Assembly: GCA_963796325.1 (NCBI GenBank)
Contig: CAWCLF010000003.1
Span: forward strand, 470,788 to 534,787
Origin: an uncultured Spirochaetota bacterium
Lineage (GTDB): Bacteria > Spirochaetota > Brevinematia > Brevinematales > JAOACQ01
Direction: 5' to 3'
Length of the DNA: 64,000 nt
Part shown: positions 47,493 through 56,405 of the stretch, one piece after another
Layout: the number at the start of each line of letters is the position of its first letter
Position numbering within the stretch: position 1 is the first letter of the stretch
The notes under the pieces: generated by a model
What the model was told of the DNA's origin: nothing
Databases searched by the model: none
Seen by the model: only the letters and a program-made list of their open reading frames with translations
Position numbers and translations under genes: made by a program

Positions 47493-49931
47493 ATGGAAAG
47501 GATCTATGATTTTTTAAGCATTGAAAAAAAATGGCGGGAATTCTGGGACTCTGAAAAGACTTTCAGGGTGACCGAGGATCCCTCGTACCCCGATGAGAAA
47601 CGGCTGTATGTACTCGACATGTTTCCGTACCCTTCGGGTTCCGGCCTGCATGTCGGGCATCCCGAAGGATATACGGCCACCGATATTTATACGCGCTTCA
47701 AGCGCCTTCAGGGCTACAACGTTCTTCATCCCATGGGTTTCGATTCCTTCGGGCTTCCGGCGGAGAATTACGCCATAGAGAAGGGTACGCATCCGGCTGT
47801 AATAACCGTTGAAAATATAGACCGCTTCAGGAACCAGATAAAGTCCCTGGGGTTCTCCTACGACTGGGACCGCGAGGTTTCTACGTCGAGCCCCGATTAC
47901 TATAAATGGACTCAGTGGATATTTCTCCAGCTTTTTAAAAAGGGTCTCGCATACGAAGCGGATATGCCGATCAACTGGTGCCCCCACTGCCTGACCGGGC
48001 TGGCAAACGAGGAAGTCAGCGACGGGAAGTGCGACAGGTGTTCGACCCCGATCGAGAGGCGGAGGATCAGGCAATGGATTTTAAAAATAACCGCATACGC
48101 CGAAAGGCTCCTTCTTGACCTCTCTCTCCTCGACTGGCCTGAACCCATCAAGCTCATGCAGGAAAACTGGATAGGAAAGAGCGAGGGGGCCGAGGTCGAC
48201 TTCAGGGTCGACGGGATGGAGGATCTTATCCGTGTTTATACGACAAGGCCCGATACGCTTTTCGGGGCCACGTACATGGTCCTGGCGCCCGAGCATCCGC
48301 TTGTGGAGAAGATAACTGCCCCCGGGAATTCGGATGATGTCGAAATATATATTAATAAAACAGTGTCGAAATCCGAACTGCAGAGGACCGAACTCAACAA
48401 GGAAAAAACGGGCGTTTTTACCGGAGCCTATGCCGTGAACCCTGTAAACGGCGCCAAAATACCAATCTGGATAGCAGATTACGTATTGTGGGGCTACGGT
48501 ACGGGCGCTATCATGGCAGTGCCTGCACATGACGAACGCGATTTCGAATTTGCAAAAAAATTCTCCCTTTCCATTGTCCAGGTCGTATCCGGGGACGGGA
48601 GCGTTTATCCTGCGGTCCGGCCCGAAACGGAAGATGGCATTTCCGTCAATTCCGGGGAATTCAGCGGCATGAAGACTGCCGCCTGCAAAAAAGCTATTAC
48701 CGAATGGCTTGCAAAAAGGGGCCTGGGCCAGAGCAAGGTTAACTACAAGCTTAGAGACTGGGTATTTTCACGGCAGAGGTACTGGGGAGAACCGATACCC
48801 GTCGTGCACTGCGAAAATTGCGGGATAGTCCCGATCGATGAAAAAGAACTTCCCCTCAGGCTGCCCGAAGTCAAATCATACAAACCGACGGGCACGGGGG
48901 AGTCGCCGCTTGCCGGCATCGAAGAGTGGGTAAATACAAAATGTCCGAAATGCGGGGGCCGGGCCCGGCGGGAAACCAACACAATGCCACAGTGGGCCGG
49001 AAGTTCCTGGTATTATATAAGGTTCACCGATCCGCATAACGACAAGGCCCCGGCCGACGCCGCCAATATCAGGTACTGGCTGCCGGTCGACCTTTATATA
49101 GGCGGAGCCGAGCATGCGGTTCTGCATCTGTTGTATGCGCGGTTCTGGCATAAATTCCTGTTCGATATCGGCGTCGTCAATACGCCGGAGCCGTTCATGT
49201 CGCTCAAGAACCAGGGTATGATTTTAGGCGAGAACGGCGAAAAGATGTCCAAGTCGCGGGGCAACGTTGTCAACCCGGACGATGTGGTAAATGAATACGG
49301 GGCCGACACTCTCAGGATTTACGAGATGTTCCTGGGGCCGCTTGCTTCGGATAAGCCATGGAACATGCAGAGCATAATCGGGATCAAGAGGTTCCTCGAC
49401 AAGGCCTGGAAGCTTTTCGAAAAAAATACGGCTGATGATGCGCCCGTGCCTCTTGAGCTTTTAAAACTCCGGCACAGGACAGTCAAAACGGTTGCCGAAA
49501 AGATAGACGCCCTTGAATTCAACACTGCAGTAAGCTCGCTGATGATATTTGTCAACGCGCTTTCAAGGGAGGATGTGCTCAACAGGCCGCTCCTCCGCGA
49601 TTTCACTGTCATTCTTCACCCGTTCGCCCCCTTTATTACCGAAGAAATGTGGGAGATCTGCGGGGAGAAGCCTTCCGTATCGGCCGCTGCATGGCCGGAA
49701 TACGATCCGGAAATGATAAGAGAGGATTTCATAGCCATTGCCGTCCAGGAAAACGGGAAGCTCCGCGACACGGTCCGGATGCCGGCCGGTGTATCCGCCG
49801 ATGAAATGATAAAACAGGCCATGGAGAGTAAAAAAGTGAAACTTGCGCTGGAAAATAAAGAAGTGGTGAAGATAATACCGGTGCCGGGCAGGGTCGTAAA
49901 TATCGTGACGAAACCCATGACAGGCAAATAA
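47493..49931 (+). CDS. leuS: Leucine--tRNA ligase
   Basis: HIGH-type HVGH, KMSKS, CP1 editing domain region, zinc-binding Cys pairs; 812 aa. Confidence 0.96.
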   Translation: MERIYDFLSIEKKWREFWDSEKTFRVTEDPSYPDEKRLYVLDMFPYPSGSGLHVGHPEGYTATDIYTRFKRLQGYNVLHPMGFDSFGLPAENYAIEKGTHPAVITVENIDRFRNQIKSLGFSYDWDREVSTSSPDYYKWTQWIFLQLFKKGLAYEADMPINWCPHCLTGLANEEVSDGKCDRCSTPIERRRIRQWILKITAYAERLLLDLSLLDWPEPIKLMQENWIGKSEGAEVDFRVDGMEDLIRVYTTRPDTLFGATYMVLAPEHPLVEKITAPGNSDDVEIYINKTVSKSELQRTELNKEKTGVFTGAYAVNPVNGAKIPIWIADYVLWGYGTGAIMAVPAHDERDFEFAKKFSLSIVQVVSGDGSVYPAVRPETEDGISVNSGEFSGMKTAACKKAITEWLAKRGLGQSKVNYKLRDWVFSRQRYWGEPIPVVHCENCGIVPIDEKELPLRLPEVKSYKPTGTGESPLAGIEEWVNTKCPKCGGRARRETNTMPQWAGSSWYYIRFTDPHNDKAPADAANIRYWLPVDLYIGGAEHAVLHLLYARFWHKFLFDIGVVNTPEPFMSLKNQGMILGENGEKMSKSRGNVVNPDDVVNEYGADTLRIYEMFLGPLASDKPWNMQSIIGIKRFLDKAWKLFEKNTADDAPVPLELLKLRHRTVKTVAEKIDALEFNTAVSSLMIFVNALSREDVLNRPLLRDFTVILHPFAPFITEEMWEICGEKPSVSAAAWPEYDPEMIREDFIAIAVQENGKLRDTVRMPAGVSADEMIKQAMESKKVKLALENKEVVKIIPVPGRVVNIVTKPMTGK

Positions 49932-49936
49932 AAAAT

Positions 49937-49966
49937 TTGACATCACCGGTTTCAAAATGCTATCAT
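49937..49966 (+). promoter_or_regulatory. Candidate extended -10 promoter for the HD-domain gene
   Basis: Consensus TTGACA (49937-49942), 18-bp spacer ending in TGc, TATCAT (49961-49966). Confidence 0.45.
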
Positions 49967-50016
49967 ATTTTCGAGTTAATAAATGACGTTTAATAAATAA
50001 TTCAGGGAGAGTCGTT

Positions 50017-50940
50017 ATGGATCAGAATAAGGAAGCGGTGCAGCTTTCCCGTCTTCTGAAAAGCCCTGCACCACAGCATGTAATCTCGGAAGTCAAAAAG
50101 ATTTTCCAGTACTCCTACCCGTCACATTCCTTCTCGAAAATCCTGAGTAATTTCAAGAATATCGTCAATCTCTTCGACGGGAAATTCCCCGGATACCAGG
50201 CCTGCAATACTATGTACCACAATCTCGGCCATACGCTGGACGCCCTGCTGGCCGCAGCCCGCCTTGCCGACGGCTACAACCTTTCGTCCGGAAACATGAG
50301 CTGCGAAACCATGGTAGACCTTCTTCAGGCAGCCCTCTTCCACGATACGGGTTATATACTCGAGGACTGGGACAGGACCGGGACCGGCGCCAAGTACACG
50401 AAAAGCCATGTCGAAAGAAGCATGATGTTCATTCAGAAGAACAGGCCTGCCCTCCAGCTTGACAGCAGGGAAGTCGCCGTTATATCGAGGATAATTTCCT
50501 GCACGGGGCTCCAGGTAAACTGGAAGGATATCCCCTTTAACAGCCGGGACGAGGAGATAGCGGGCGCGATACTCGGTACGGCCGACCTTTTAGGCCAGAT
50601 GTCCGACAGGTTTTACCTTGAAAAACTGCACTACCTTTACGACGAATTCAGGGAAGCCGGCATACAGGGATATGATACCGAATTCGATATAATACAGAAA
50701 ACTGCGTTTTTCTACAAGATGACGACCGACAGGTTTTCAAGCGATCTTATGAACGTAAACGAGTATGCGAAGGTTCATTTCAGGGCGAGGTTCGGGATGG
50801 ATTCCAACCTCTACATGGAATCGATATCCAGGCACATCGATTACCTGAAGGGAATCATCGAGGACAGCACTTCGAACTTCAGGAACAAGCTCAAGCGGAA
50901 AGCTGCCTATATACCTCTTTATTACAGCCAGGCGCACTGA
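50017..50940 (+). CDS. HD-domain metal-dependent phosphohydrolase
   Basis: H...HD signature: HNLGHTLD followed by FHDTGY. Specific function unknown. Confidence 0.7.
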   Translation: MDQNKEAVQLSRLLKSPAPQHVISEVKKIFQYSYPSHSFSKILSNFKNIVNLFDGKFPGYQACNTMYHNLGHTLDALLAAARLADGYNLSSGNMSCETMVDLLQAALFHDTGYILEDWDRTGTGAKYTKSHVERSMMFIQKNRPALQLDSREVAVISRIISCTGLQVNWKDIPFNSRDEEIAGAILGTADLLGQMSDRFYLEKLHYLYDEFREAGIQGYDTEFDIIQKTAFFYKMTTDRFSSDLMNVNEYAKVHFRARFGMDSNLYMESISRHIDYLKGIIEDSTSNFRNKLKRKAAYIPLYYSQAH

Positions 50941-50955
50941 CGTCTGTCGGCAATC

Positions 50956-51086
50956 GAAAGTCGGCAGTCGACAGTCAACTTCAGTCAAGAGTCGAGAGTC
51001 GAGAGTGACATTTGCCGGTAAATAATTGCCGGTTGTTTGTTAATCAGCACTCGTTCTATACGACTGTTGACTGTTGACTGTTGACT
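50956..51086. repeat. Inverted 7-bp-unit repeat arrays flanking a 46-bp core, between convergent genes
   Basis: AGTC at 50959, 50966, 50973, 50983, 50990 and 50997. The core contains ttgccggt twice (51012 and 51026). GACT at 51062, 51069, 51076 and 51083 (cgactgt tgactgt tgactgt tgactg). Confidence 0.9.
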
Positions 51087-52074
51087 GAGGTAAGAGCCCG
51101 ACTTTTTTGTAAACCTTCCCGAGCGTTTTGCCGGAGATTTCCGAGGCCTTTGCCGCCCCTTCCCGAGCGGTCCTGAGTAAAAATTCCTTGTCTTTGCGGA
51201 ATTCCGCGTAGCGGCACCGCACAGGCGCGAACAGCCTCTCGATCGATTCGGCCAGGTCTTTCTTGAAAACAGCATAACCTTTGCCGGAATACCCGGCGGC
51301 TATCTCTTCCATCGGAAAGTCCCTCACGCTACTCATAATTGTCATCAGGTTGAAGATGCCCGAGCCGTCGTCCTTCAGGGGGTAATCTGCGCCGCTTCCC
51401 GTAACGGCGCCCTTAATCTTGCGGCCGATCTCCTCGGGGCTGTCCAGGACTGATATATAATTCCGCTCGTTGGCGTCGGATTTGTCCATCTTCTGGGACG
51501 GATCGAGAAGTTTTTTTATGCGGCCGCCGCTTTTCAGCACCATGGCTTCGGGCACCGTGAAAACAGGTCCGAAGCGGTTGTTGAAGCGCAGCGCGATGTC
51601 GCGGGCCAGTTCCACATGCTGGCGCTGGTCCTCCCCTACCGGGACGATATCGGTATCGTAAAGGAGTATGTCGCCCGCCATGAGAACGGGGTAGGTATAG
51701 AGGCCCGCATTGATATTTTCAGGATTTTTTTTGGATTTATCCTTGAACTGGGTCATGCGGTTAAGCTCCCCCGTATAAGTGAAGCATCCCAGGATCCAAG
51801 CAAGCTCCGCGTGCGCGCTTACATGAGACTGGAAGAATACAATGCTCTTATCCGGGTCGATCCCGCATGCCAGGAACAGCGCCATGTAATCGAAACAGCG
51901 GGACCTGAAACCGGCGGGGTCCTGCAGTGTCGTCATCGAGTGAAGATCGACGATGGAAAAGACGCAGTCGTATTCGTCCTGCATGGCTACCCAGTTCCTG
52001 ACCGCGCCGATATAGTTGCCTATTGTCATGACGCCCGTCGGCTGTATTCCGCTGAACACCCTTTTTTTTGCCAT
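51040..52074 (-). CDS. trpS: Tryptophan--tRNA ligase
   Basis: GIQPTG plus TIGNYIG (HIGH-equivalent) and KMDKSD (KMSKS variant). The last ~16 codons (..PQSTVNSQQSYRTSAD) are encoded by the heptamer array. Confidence 0.93.
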   Translation of the reverse strand: MAKKRVFSGIQPTGVMTIGNYIGAVRNWVAMQDEYDCVFSIVDLHSMTTLQDPAGFRSRCFDYMALFLACGIDPDKSIVFFQSHVSAHAELAWILGCFTYTGELNRMTQFKDKSKKNPENINAGLYTYPVLMAGDILLYDTDIVPVGEDQRQHVELARDIALRFNNRFGPVFTVPEAMVLKSGGRIKKLLDPSQKMDKSDANERNYISVLDSPEEIGRKIKGAVTGSGADYPLKDDGSGIFNLMTIMSSVRDFPMEEIAAGYSGKGYAVFKKDLAESIERLFAPVRCRYAEFRKDKEFLLRTAREGAAKASEISGKTLGKVYKKVGLLPQSTVNSQQSYRTSAD

Positions 52075-52162
52075 AAAATTCCCCGCAAATATTACAAATT
52101 CCGGGAAAAATTATGCCATAAAAGCCGCATTGTTTCAATATTTCCAGGATTTAGACTAAAAT

Positions 52163-52191
52163 TTGATAGTTAAACGGCCCTGTTTTATAAT
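52163..52191 (+). promoter_or_regulatory. Candidate promoter for tRNA-Ser
   Basis: TTGATA (52163-52168), 17-bp spacer, TATAAT (52186-52191). The tRNA 5' end lies 20 nt downstream. Confidence 0.5.
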
Positions 52192-52211
52192 AACTGACCC
52201 GGCAGTTAAAT

Positions 52212-52299
52212 GGAGAGATGCCCGAGCGGTCGAAGGGGGCACCCTGCTAAGGTGTTGTACCCCATAAGGGTACCGAGGGTTCGAATCCCTCTCTCTCCG
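52212..52299 (+). tRNA. tRNA-Ser (anticodon GCU), class II with long variable arm
   Basis: Hand-folded. Acceptor GGAGAGA/TCTCTCC. Anticodon stem GCACC/GGTGT with loop CTGCTAA (GCT). Variable arm tgtaccccataagggtacc. T arm GAGGG-TTCGAAT-CCCTC. Discriminator G. No encoded CCA. Confidence 0.9.
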
Positions 52300-52567
52300 A
52301 ATCGAACTTACCGCCTAAATGTTGTATAGTCAACCACATCAACCCCGTGCTACGGAAAAATTAATTTTAGCGATCGAGAGGTAACAGTTTAAGGTAAAGA
52401 AGGATCGAATAGATGGGAAAAAGCAATAATTTGAATAAAAAGTAACATTTTTCTACGTGAAATATCAGATAATATATTCATTAAGAACTGGAAATTTAAA
52501 GAAAGAGAGCATAGTACTGGCGTGGTCATAGGACTAAGGTTAGAAATCGTAAGAGAGAATCCGTAAT

Positions 52568-53686
52568 TTAAGCCGGAAGCGCTGACAGCCTGTAGTAGTG
52601 ATGTACCAGTCCGCCGAGGATGGGTTTTGAGACAATCCTGCCTTCGGTTTGAGGAATATAGCCTTTGGGAACCTGAAGGCCGATGCCCTGGTGAGGCCGC
52701 AGGCTGTTGTAGTAATTAATATATTCAGCAAGGATATTCCGGAGCTGGTTCTCTGTGAATATTATAAACCAATCCAAGCATTGCCGGCGCAGTGTCCCGA
52801 CGAAACGCTCGGCGACGGGGTTCATATTGGGAGAATACGGAGAAATCCTGATATGTTTGAAATGGAAAAGCTTCCAGCAGAACCAGTAAAACTCGCCCGA
52901 GCCGTCGTGAAGAAGATAAGCTTTAGCAATTCCCATTTCCTCAAGTCTTTGCTCGAAATAATAGAACCGGTTTTTAAGGAATTGAATTGTCGGATGTTTT
53001 GTTACGGCGAACTGGATAATTTCCCTTGTCCGGTAATGGATAATGAAGAACACATAGAACCGGGAGCCTGAAAGTGAATCGACGGTAAGAAAATCGCAGG
53101 CGAACAGGGAACGGATATGAGAAGAAATGAAAACCTTCCAGGAGGGGAACGAAGGAATTTTACCTTGTTTTCTGAATTGGTATAGGACATTGCGGATGGT
53201 TTTCTCATCGAGATATATGCTTAGCTTATGAAGTTCTCCGAGTATGAAAAGAGGACCGCGAAGCGGGTTGTCGAGCTTTATTTGAAGAATAAGCTTCCGG
53301 ACATCGAGGGGAACAGGAGGCCGGCCGGGGGATGAAGCATCAGGTTTGAAAGTCCATCTTTTTTTAATAAGGATCTTGAACCACTTGAGGATTGCCGAAG
53401 GATGGACGATGGAAGAAAGATGCGGTTTAAAGCATTCTAACTGTGAAAGGACGATGAAGAAAATTCTGTCGAACCAATCGATGAAGGGATGTTTTTTTGA
53501 AGATCGTTTAAGTATTTCGATTTCTTTTTGAAGGCGGATATTGTCGATACGCAAATCAAGTATAATTTTCTCATATTCTGAAAGACTTCTGGCAGAGTGA
53601 TGAAACAAAGGTTTTAAAATGGAGAAGCAAAAGCTGTAGAAAAGGATGAAAAAGAGTTTAAACATGGTGGCCTTCCGATTTAACAA
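52568..53686 (-). CDS. rve/DDE integrase-type transposase (different family from the three-copy IS)
   Basis: Candidate D-D-E residues in FLTVDSL, LLHDGSGEF and NPVAERF. C-terminal YNSLRPHQGIG and GGLVHHYYR tail. IS ends not delimited. Confidence 0.75.
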   Translation of the reverse strand: MLNRKATMFKLFFILFYSFCFSILKPLFHHSARSLSEYEKIILDLRIDNIRLQKEIEILKRSSKKHPFIDWFDRIFFIVLSQLECFKPHLSSIVHPSAILKWFKILIKKRWTFKPDASSPGRPPVPLDVRKLILQIKLDNPLRGPLFILGELHKLSIYLDEKTIRNVLYQFRKQGKIPSFPSWKVFISSHIRSLFACDFLTVDSLSGSRFYVFFIIHYRTREIIQFAVTKHPTIQFLKNRFYYFEQRLEEMGIAKAYLLHDGSGEFYWFCWKLFHFKHIRISPYSPNMNPVAERFVGTLRRQCLDWFIIFTENQLRNILAEYINYYNSLRPHQGIGLQVPKGYIPQTEGRIVSKPILGGLVHHYYRLSALPA

Positions 53687-53818
53687 AAAATTCTTTTTTA
53701 TTTGATATAGATAGACGAAGAGTATAAAATAATCAGGTAAAACACTAAATTATTTTTACCCATGAATTATTTCTGTTAAAGTAAAAAATAGAAAAGTATT
53801 CGTTTTATAAGGGGATAC

Positions 53819-54079
53819 ATGAAAATTCACATTGAACCACACACACTTGAACGGGCGGAAGAAAGAGGAACAGACCGGGCTGAAATTATTGAAGTGATTG
53901 AAACAGGATTACCGGTAGAAGCTAAATACAAAAGAATAGGTAAATCGAAAATATTTAATTTTCAAAGACAGAGACTGGGCAAATATTATGAACAAAAGCG
54001 TGTCGAAGTATTTTATAATATTGAAAATGATGAAATTACCACCGTGACGGTATATGTGTTTTATGGTAAATGGCAGTAA
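53819..54079 (+). CDS. DUF4258-like small protein (putative toxin of a two-gene module)
   Basis: 86 aa. The N-terminal H..ERAEERG... pattern resembles DUF4258. Overlaps the next gene by 10 nt. Confidence 0.5.
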   Translation: MKIHIEPHTLERAEERGTDRAEIIEVIETGLPVEAKYKRIGKSKIFNFQRQRLGKYYEQKRVEVFYNIENDEITTVTVYVFYGKWQ

Positions 54080-54300
54080 AGGAGGAAAACATGCAAATAA
54101 TATATAATCCTGGCACAGACCTTTTATATATACGCATTGATGATAAAAAGCAGGATGTGATTAATCAGAGGGTAAGCGAGGAAATGGTGCTGGATATTGG
54201 CGAAGACAATAAAATTGTCGGCATCGAAATACTGGATGCTTCAAAAAGTGTGGATTTAGATAAAGTATTACCTATTAAATACAGTTATGAAAACTCGTAG
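54070..54300 (+). CDS. DUF2283-like small protein (putative antitoxin partner)
   Basis: YNPGTDLLYIRIDD...IVGIEILDASK matches my memory of the DUF2283 pattern (Y.D...D.LYI...G.EIL.AS). 76 aa. Confidence 0.55.
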   Translation: MAVKEENMQIIYNPGTDLLYIRIDDKKQDVINQRVSEEMVLDIGEDNKIVGIEILDASKSVDLDKVLPIKYSYENS

Positions 54301-54427
54301 ATGCGGCGAAGTAATATCTCAATTCTGTAATGAAAATGTAAGCCTTATTAATACGACAGCGCAGGAAGGGTCGTAATGAAGGCCTGCGGGGGCAGAAGGG
54401 AAACTTACAGGTACGACCAGCGTGACC

Positions 54428-55930
54428 AGCGGCACTGGGTGCGAATCTGAAGTAAAAGTCCAGGATTTTGGACTAAAGTAAATAGGCAGATATAAGGATA
54501 AAAAAGAGAAGAAAACACAGGCAATTGAAGGTTGTTTATAGAACTTAGGTAAAGCGAATGTGAAGCAAGGGTAAAAGAAGTCTCTTTAATGCCTTGATTT
54601 TACACAATCCCTGCTAAAACTGGCATATTGGGCAGGAAGCGATGCGGTTTTCCTGAATTCTTCTCAAACGTGCCAGCTCGAATTGAGATCGGATAAAATC
54701 AAGGTCGGGCAGTTTGCCTGAATAAGCCTCGGCGGGAGTCTGGTATTGATGGGCATGATGAGGGCGGACATGGTTGTATTCATGGATAACCTTCTCAAGA
54801 TATTTATCAAGGTCGTTTAGATCGCGGTACTGCCGCAGGAATAGCCAGGAGTATTTCAGGCTTTTATTCACGGCTTCGATCATGCTGTTTGAAAAACGGA
54901 TATGTTTTTGAGCGATCAGATGCTTTATGGTAATTTTATCCTCAAGGTATTGCTTTATTGTGTCGTTATCGTTTTCAGGACCTCCGTCGGTAAGGAAAAT
55001 GATATAAGGGTCTATGGTATCGCTTTGTTTTTTAACGATACTGGAATAAGCATCTTTAAGGTTTGAGAGAGCGATTTCAGCAGAAACACGGAGGGATACT
55101 TTATAGGAGATGACAAACCTGGAAAAGTTATCTGCGATAAGATAAATATAGGCGGTAAGTCCGTCCAATAGTTTCAGGCAGGTAATATCGGCGTGAATTA
55201 TCTCGTTAGGCCGGAAGGCCCTGATACCTTTAGATTGGCGCGGTTTTTTAAAACGTTTCCCGGTAAATCCGAATAACCTGGAATACTTGTACCATGAACC
55301 TCTGCCGATGAATAATGCTTTTAACCTGACGGCTTCGGAATGGACGGCATGGACAGGCCAGCCTGTGTATTTCGGATCAAGCAGAAATTTCTTCATAATG
55401 TTTAGCTCTGACCCTGAAACCTGGTTGGGCCAGACCTTGGGGCATTTATGGATGGGGGAGATAAGGCACCTGGCTTTGACCTGGACGGCCCAGTTGTAAA
55501 ATGTGGAGAGTTTAAGTTTAAAAAATCTGCAGGCCCTTTCAATGGGGATCTTAAAACGGTTGGAGAGGAAATAAACGGCTTTGACGGTCATGTTTTGAAT
55601 GTTATCAAGATAGCCGGAAGGCTTATGGATGAGGGAATCCTGTATTTTTTTATAAAAGCGATAGACATGGCATAGGATGGTAATAGTTATTATCAATTTT
55701 CTGGAATGAGCAAATGTCTTAACCAGAGGCAATAATTGAGATTGAAAATCCCTGTACTCATAACCGAATAGAGAAGAAAGGTTGTAATTCAAGAGATGGT
55801 AGTATGTGGATTTTGAAATCGTTGAGCGGACGGAATTGTAAGAAATAGAGCCTATCTGAAGGGCGAGAGTAAAGTTATGGTCGTATTTTTTATGAGAGCG
55901 CATAAGGGAAACTCCGAATGTTATTATTAT
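54428..55930 (-). mobile_element. IS element copy A (~1.5 kb, single 429-aa rve/DDE transposase)
   Basis: Boundaries are taken from where identity with copies B and C begins (AGCNNCACYGGGTGCGAATCTGAAG at 54428) and decays (~25-30 bp upstream of the ATG). Clear terminal inverted repeats not found by eye. Confidence 0.7.
54614..55903 (-). CDS. IS transposase, copy A (rve/DDE)
   Basis: Candidate D-D-E residues in IIHADIT, FLTDGGPEN and IEAVNKSLK. C-terminal YNHVRPHHAHQYQTPAEAY. About 20 aa differences from copy B by manual comparison. Confidence 0.85.
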   Translation of the reverse strand: MRSHKKYDHNFTLALQIGSISYNSVRSTISKSTYYHLLNYNLSSLFGYEYRDFQSQLLPLVKTFAHSRKLIITITILCHVYRFYKKIQDSLIHKPSGYLDNIQNMTVKAVYFLSNRFKIPIERACRFFKLKLSTFYNWAVQVKARCLISPIHKCPKVWPNQVSGSELNIMKKFLLDPKYTGWPVHAVHSEAVRLKALFIGRGSWYKYSRLFGFTGKRFKKPRQSKGIRAFRPNEIIHADITCLKLLDGLTAYIYLIADNFSRFVISYKVSLRVSAEIALSNLKDAYSSIVKKQSDTIDPYIIFLTDGGPENDNDTIKQYLEDKITIKHLIAQKHIRFSNSMIEAVNKSLKYSWLFLRQYRDLNDLDKYLEKVIHEYNHVRPHHAHQYQTPAEAYSGKLPDLDFIRSQFELARLRRIQENRIASCPICQF

Positions 55931-56024
55931 CCGCCGAAGGGTTGTGGAAATAGGCTCTGACCCGGCAGACTGTCAGGATAGCAACGGGAAGGCGGGTGAA
56001 ATAGATGGGCTGTGTTATGAGTTG

Positions 56025-56405
56025 CTATTCATCCAGCAGTTTTATAACGTTCTGAGTGTTGATAAAGTTATTAAAGCCTTTTTTCGGCAAATTTTCAATG
56101 AGTGCTTTATCATTGGTCCATAATGGATAACCGAATTCAACACAGAGAGCAATAAAAGGTGTGTCTTTTTCATCAATTCCCTTACAAAGTTCAATAGCTT
56201 TATCGTAGGCGAATTTTCTGACAGCAATTTTTGGAATTATTATAATTTCCTCGAAAAGATTTTTGATGAACAATCTAAAATCAGAGATCGGCAGTTTCCT
56301 TTTCTTTAAAATGACATCTTCGTATTTTTCAAGTTCTTTCAGGGCAAAGTCAGGCATGTAAAAATGAATTTTCTTAACCAGTTCAATATATCTCCGGTTG
56401 CCCGG
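56025..56405 (-). pseudogene. PIN-domain protein, 5'-truncated by IS copy B
   Basis: C-terminal PIN pattern IDEKDTPFIALCVEFGYPLWTNDKAL. The frame runs without a start into the IS-B terminus at 56406, and the N-terminal segment with the first catalytic Asp is missing. Confidence 0.6.

Noticed and set aside
52300-52567. att-like duplicate of the tRNA-Ser 3' end, or an integrase gene, marking a classic genomic-island boundary.
   Set aside because: No repeat of the tRNA 3' half (ttcgaatccctctctctcc) was seen anywhere in 52300-64000, and no tyrosine or serine recombinase is present. The island call therefore rests on content and composition only.
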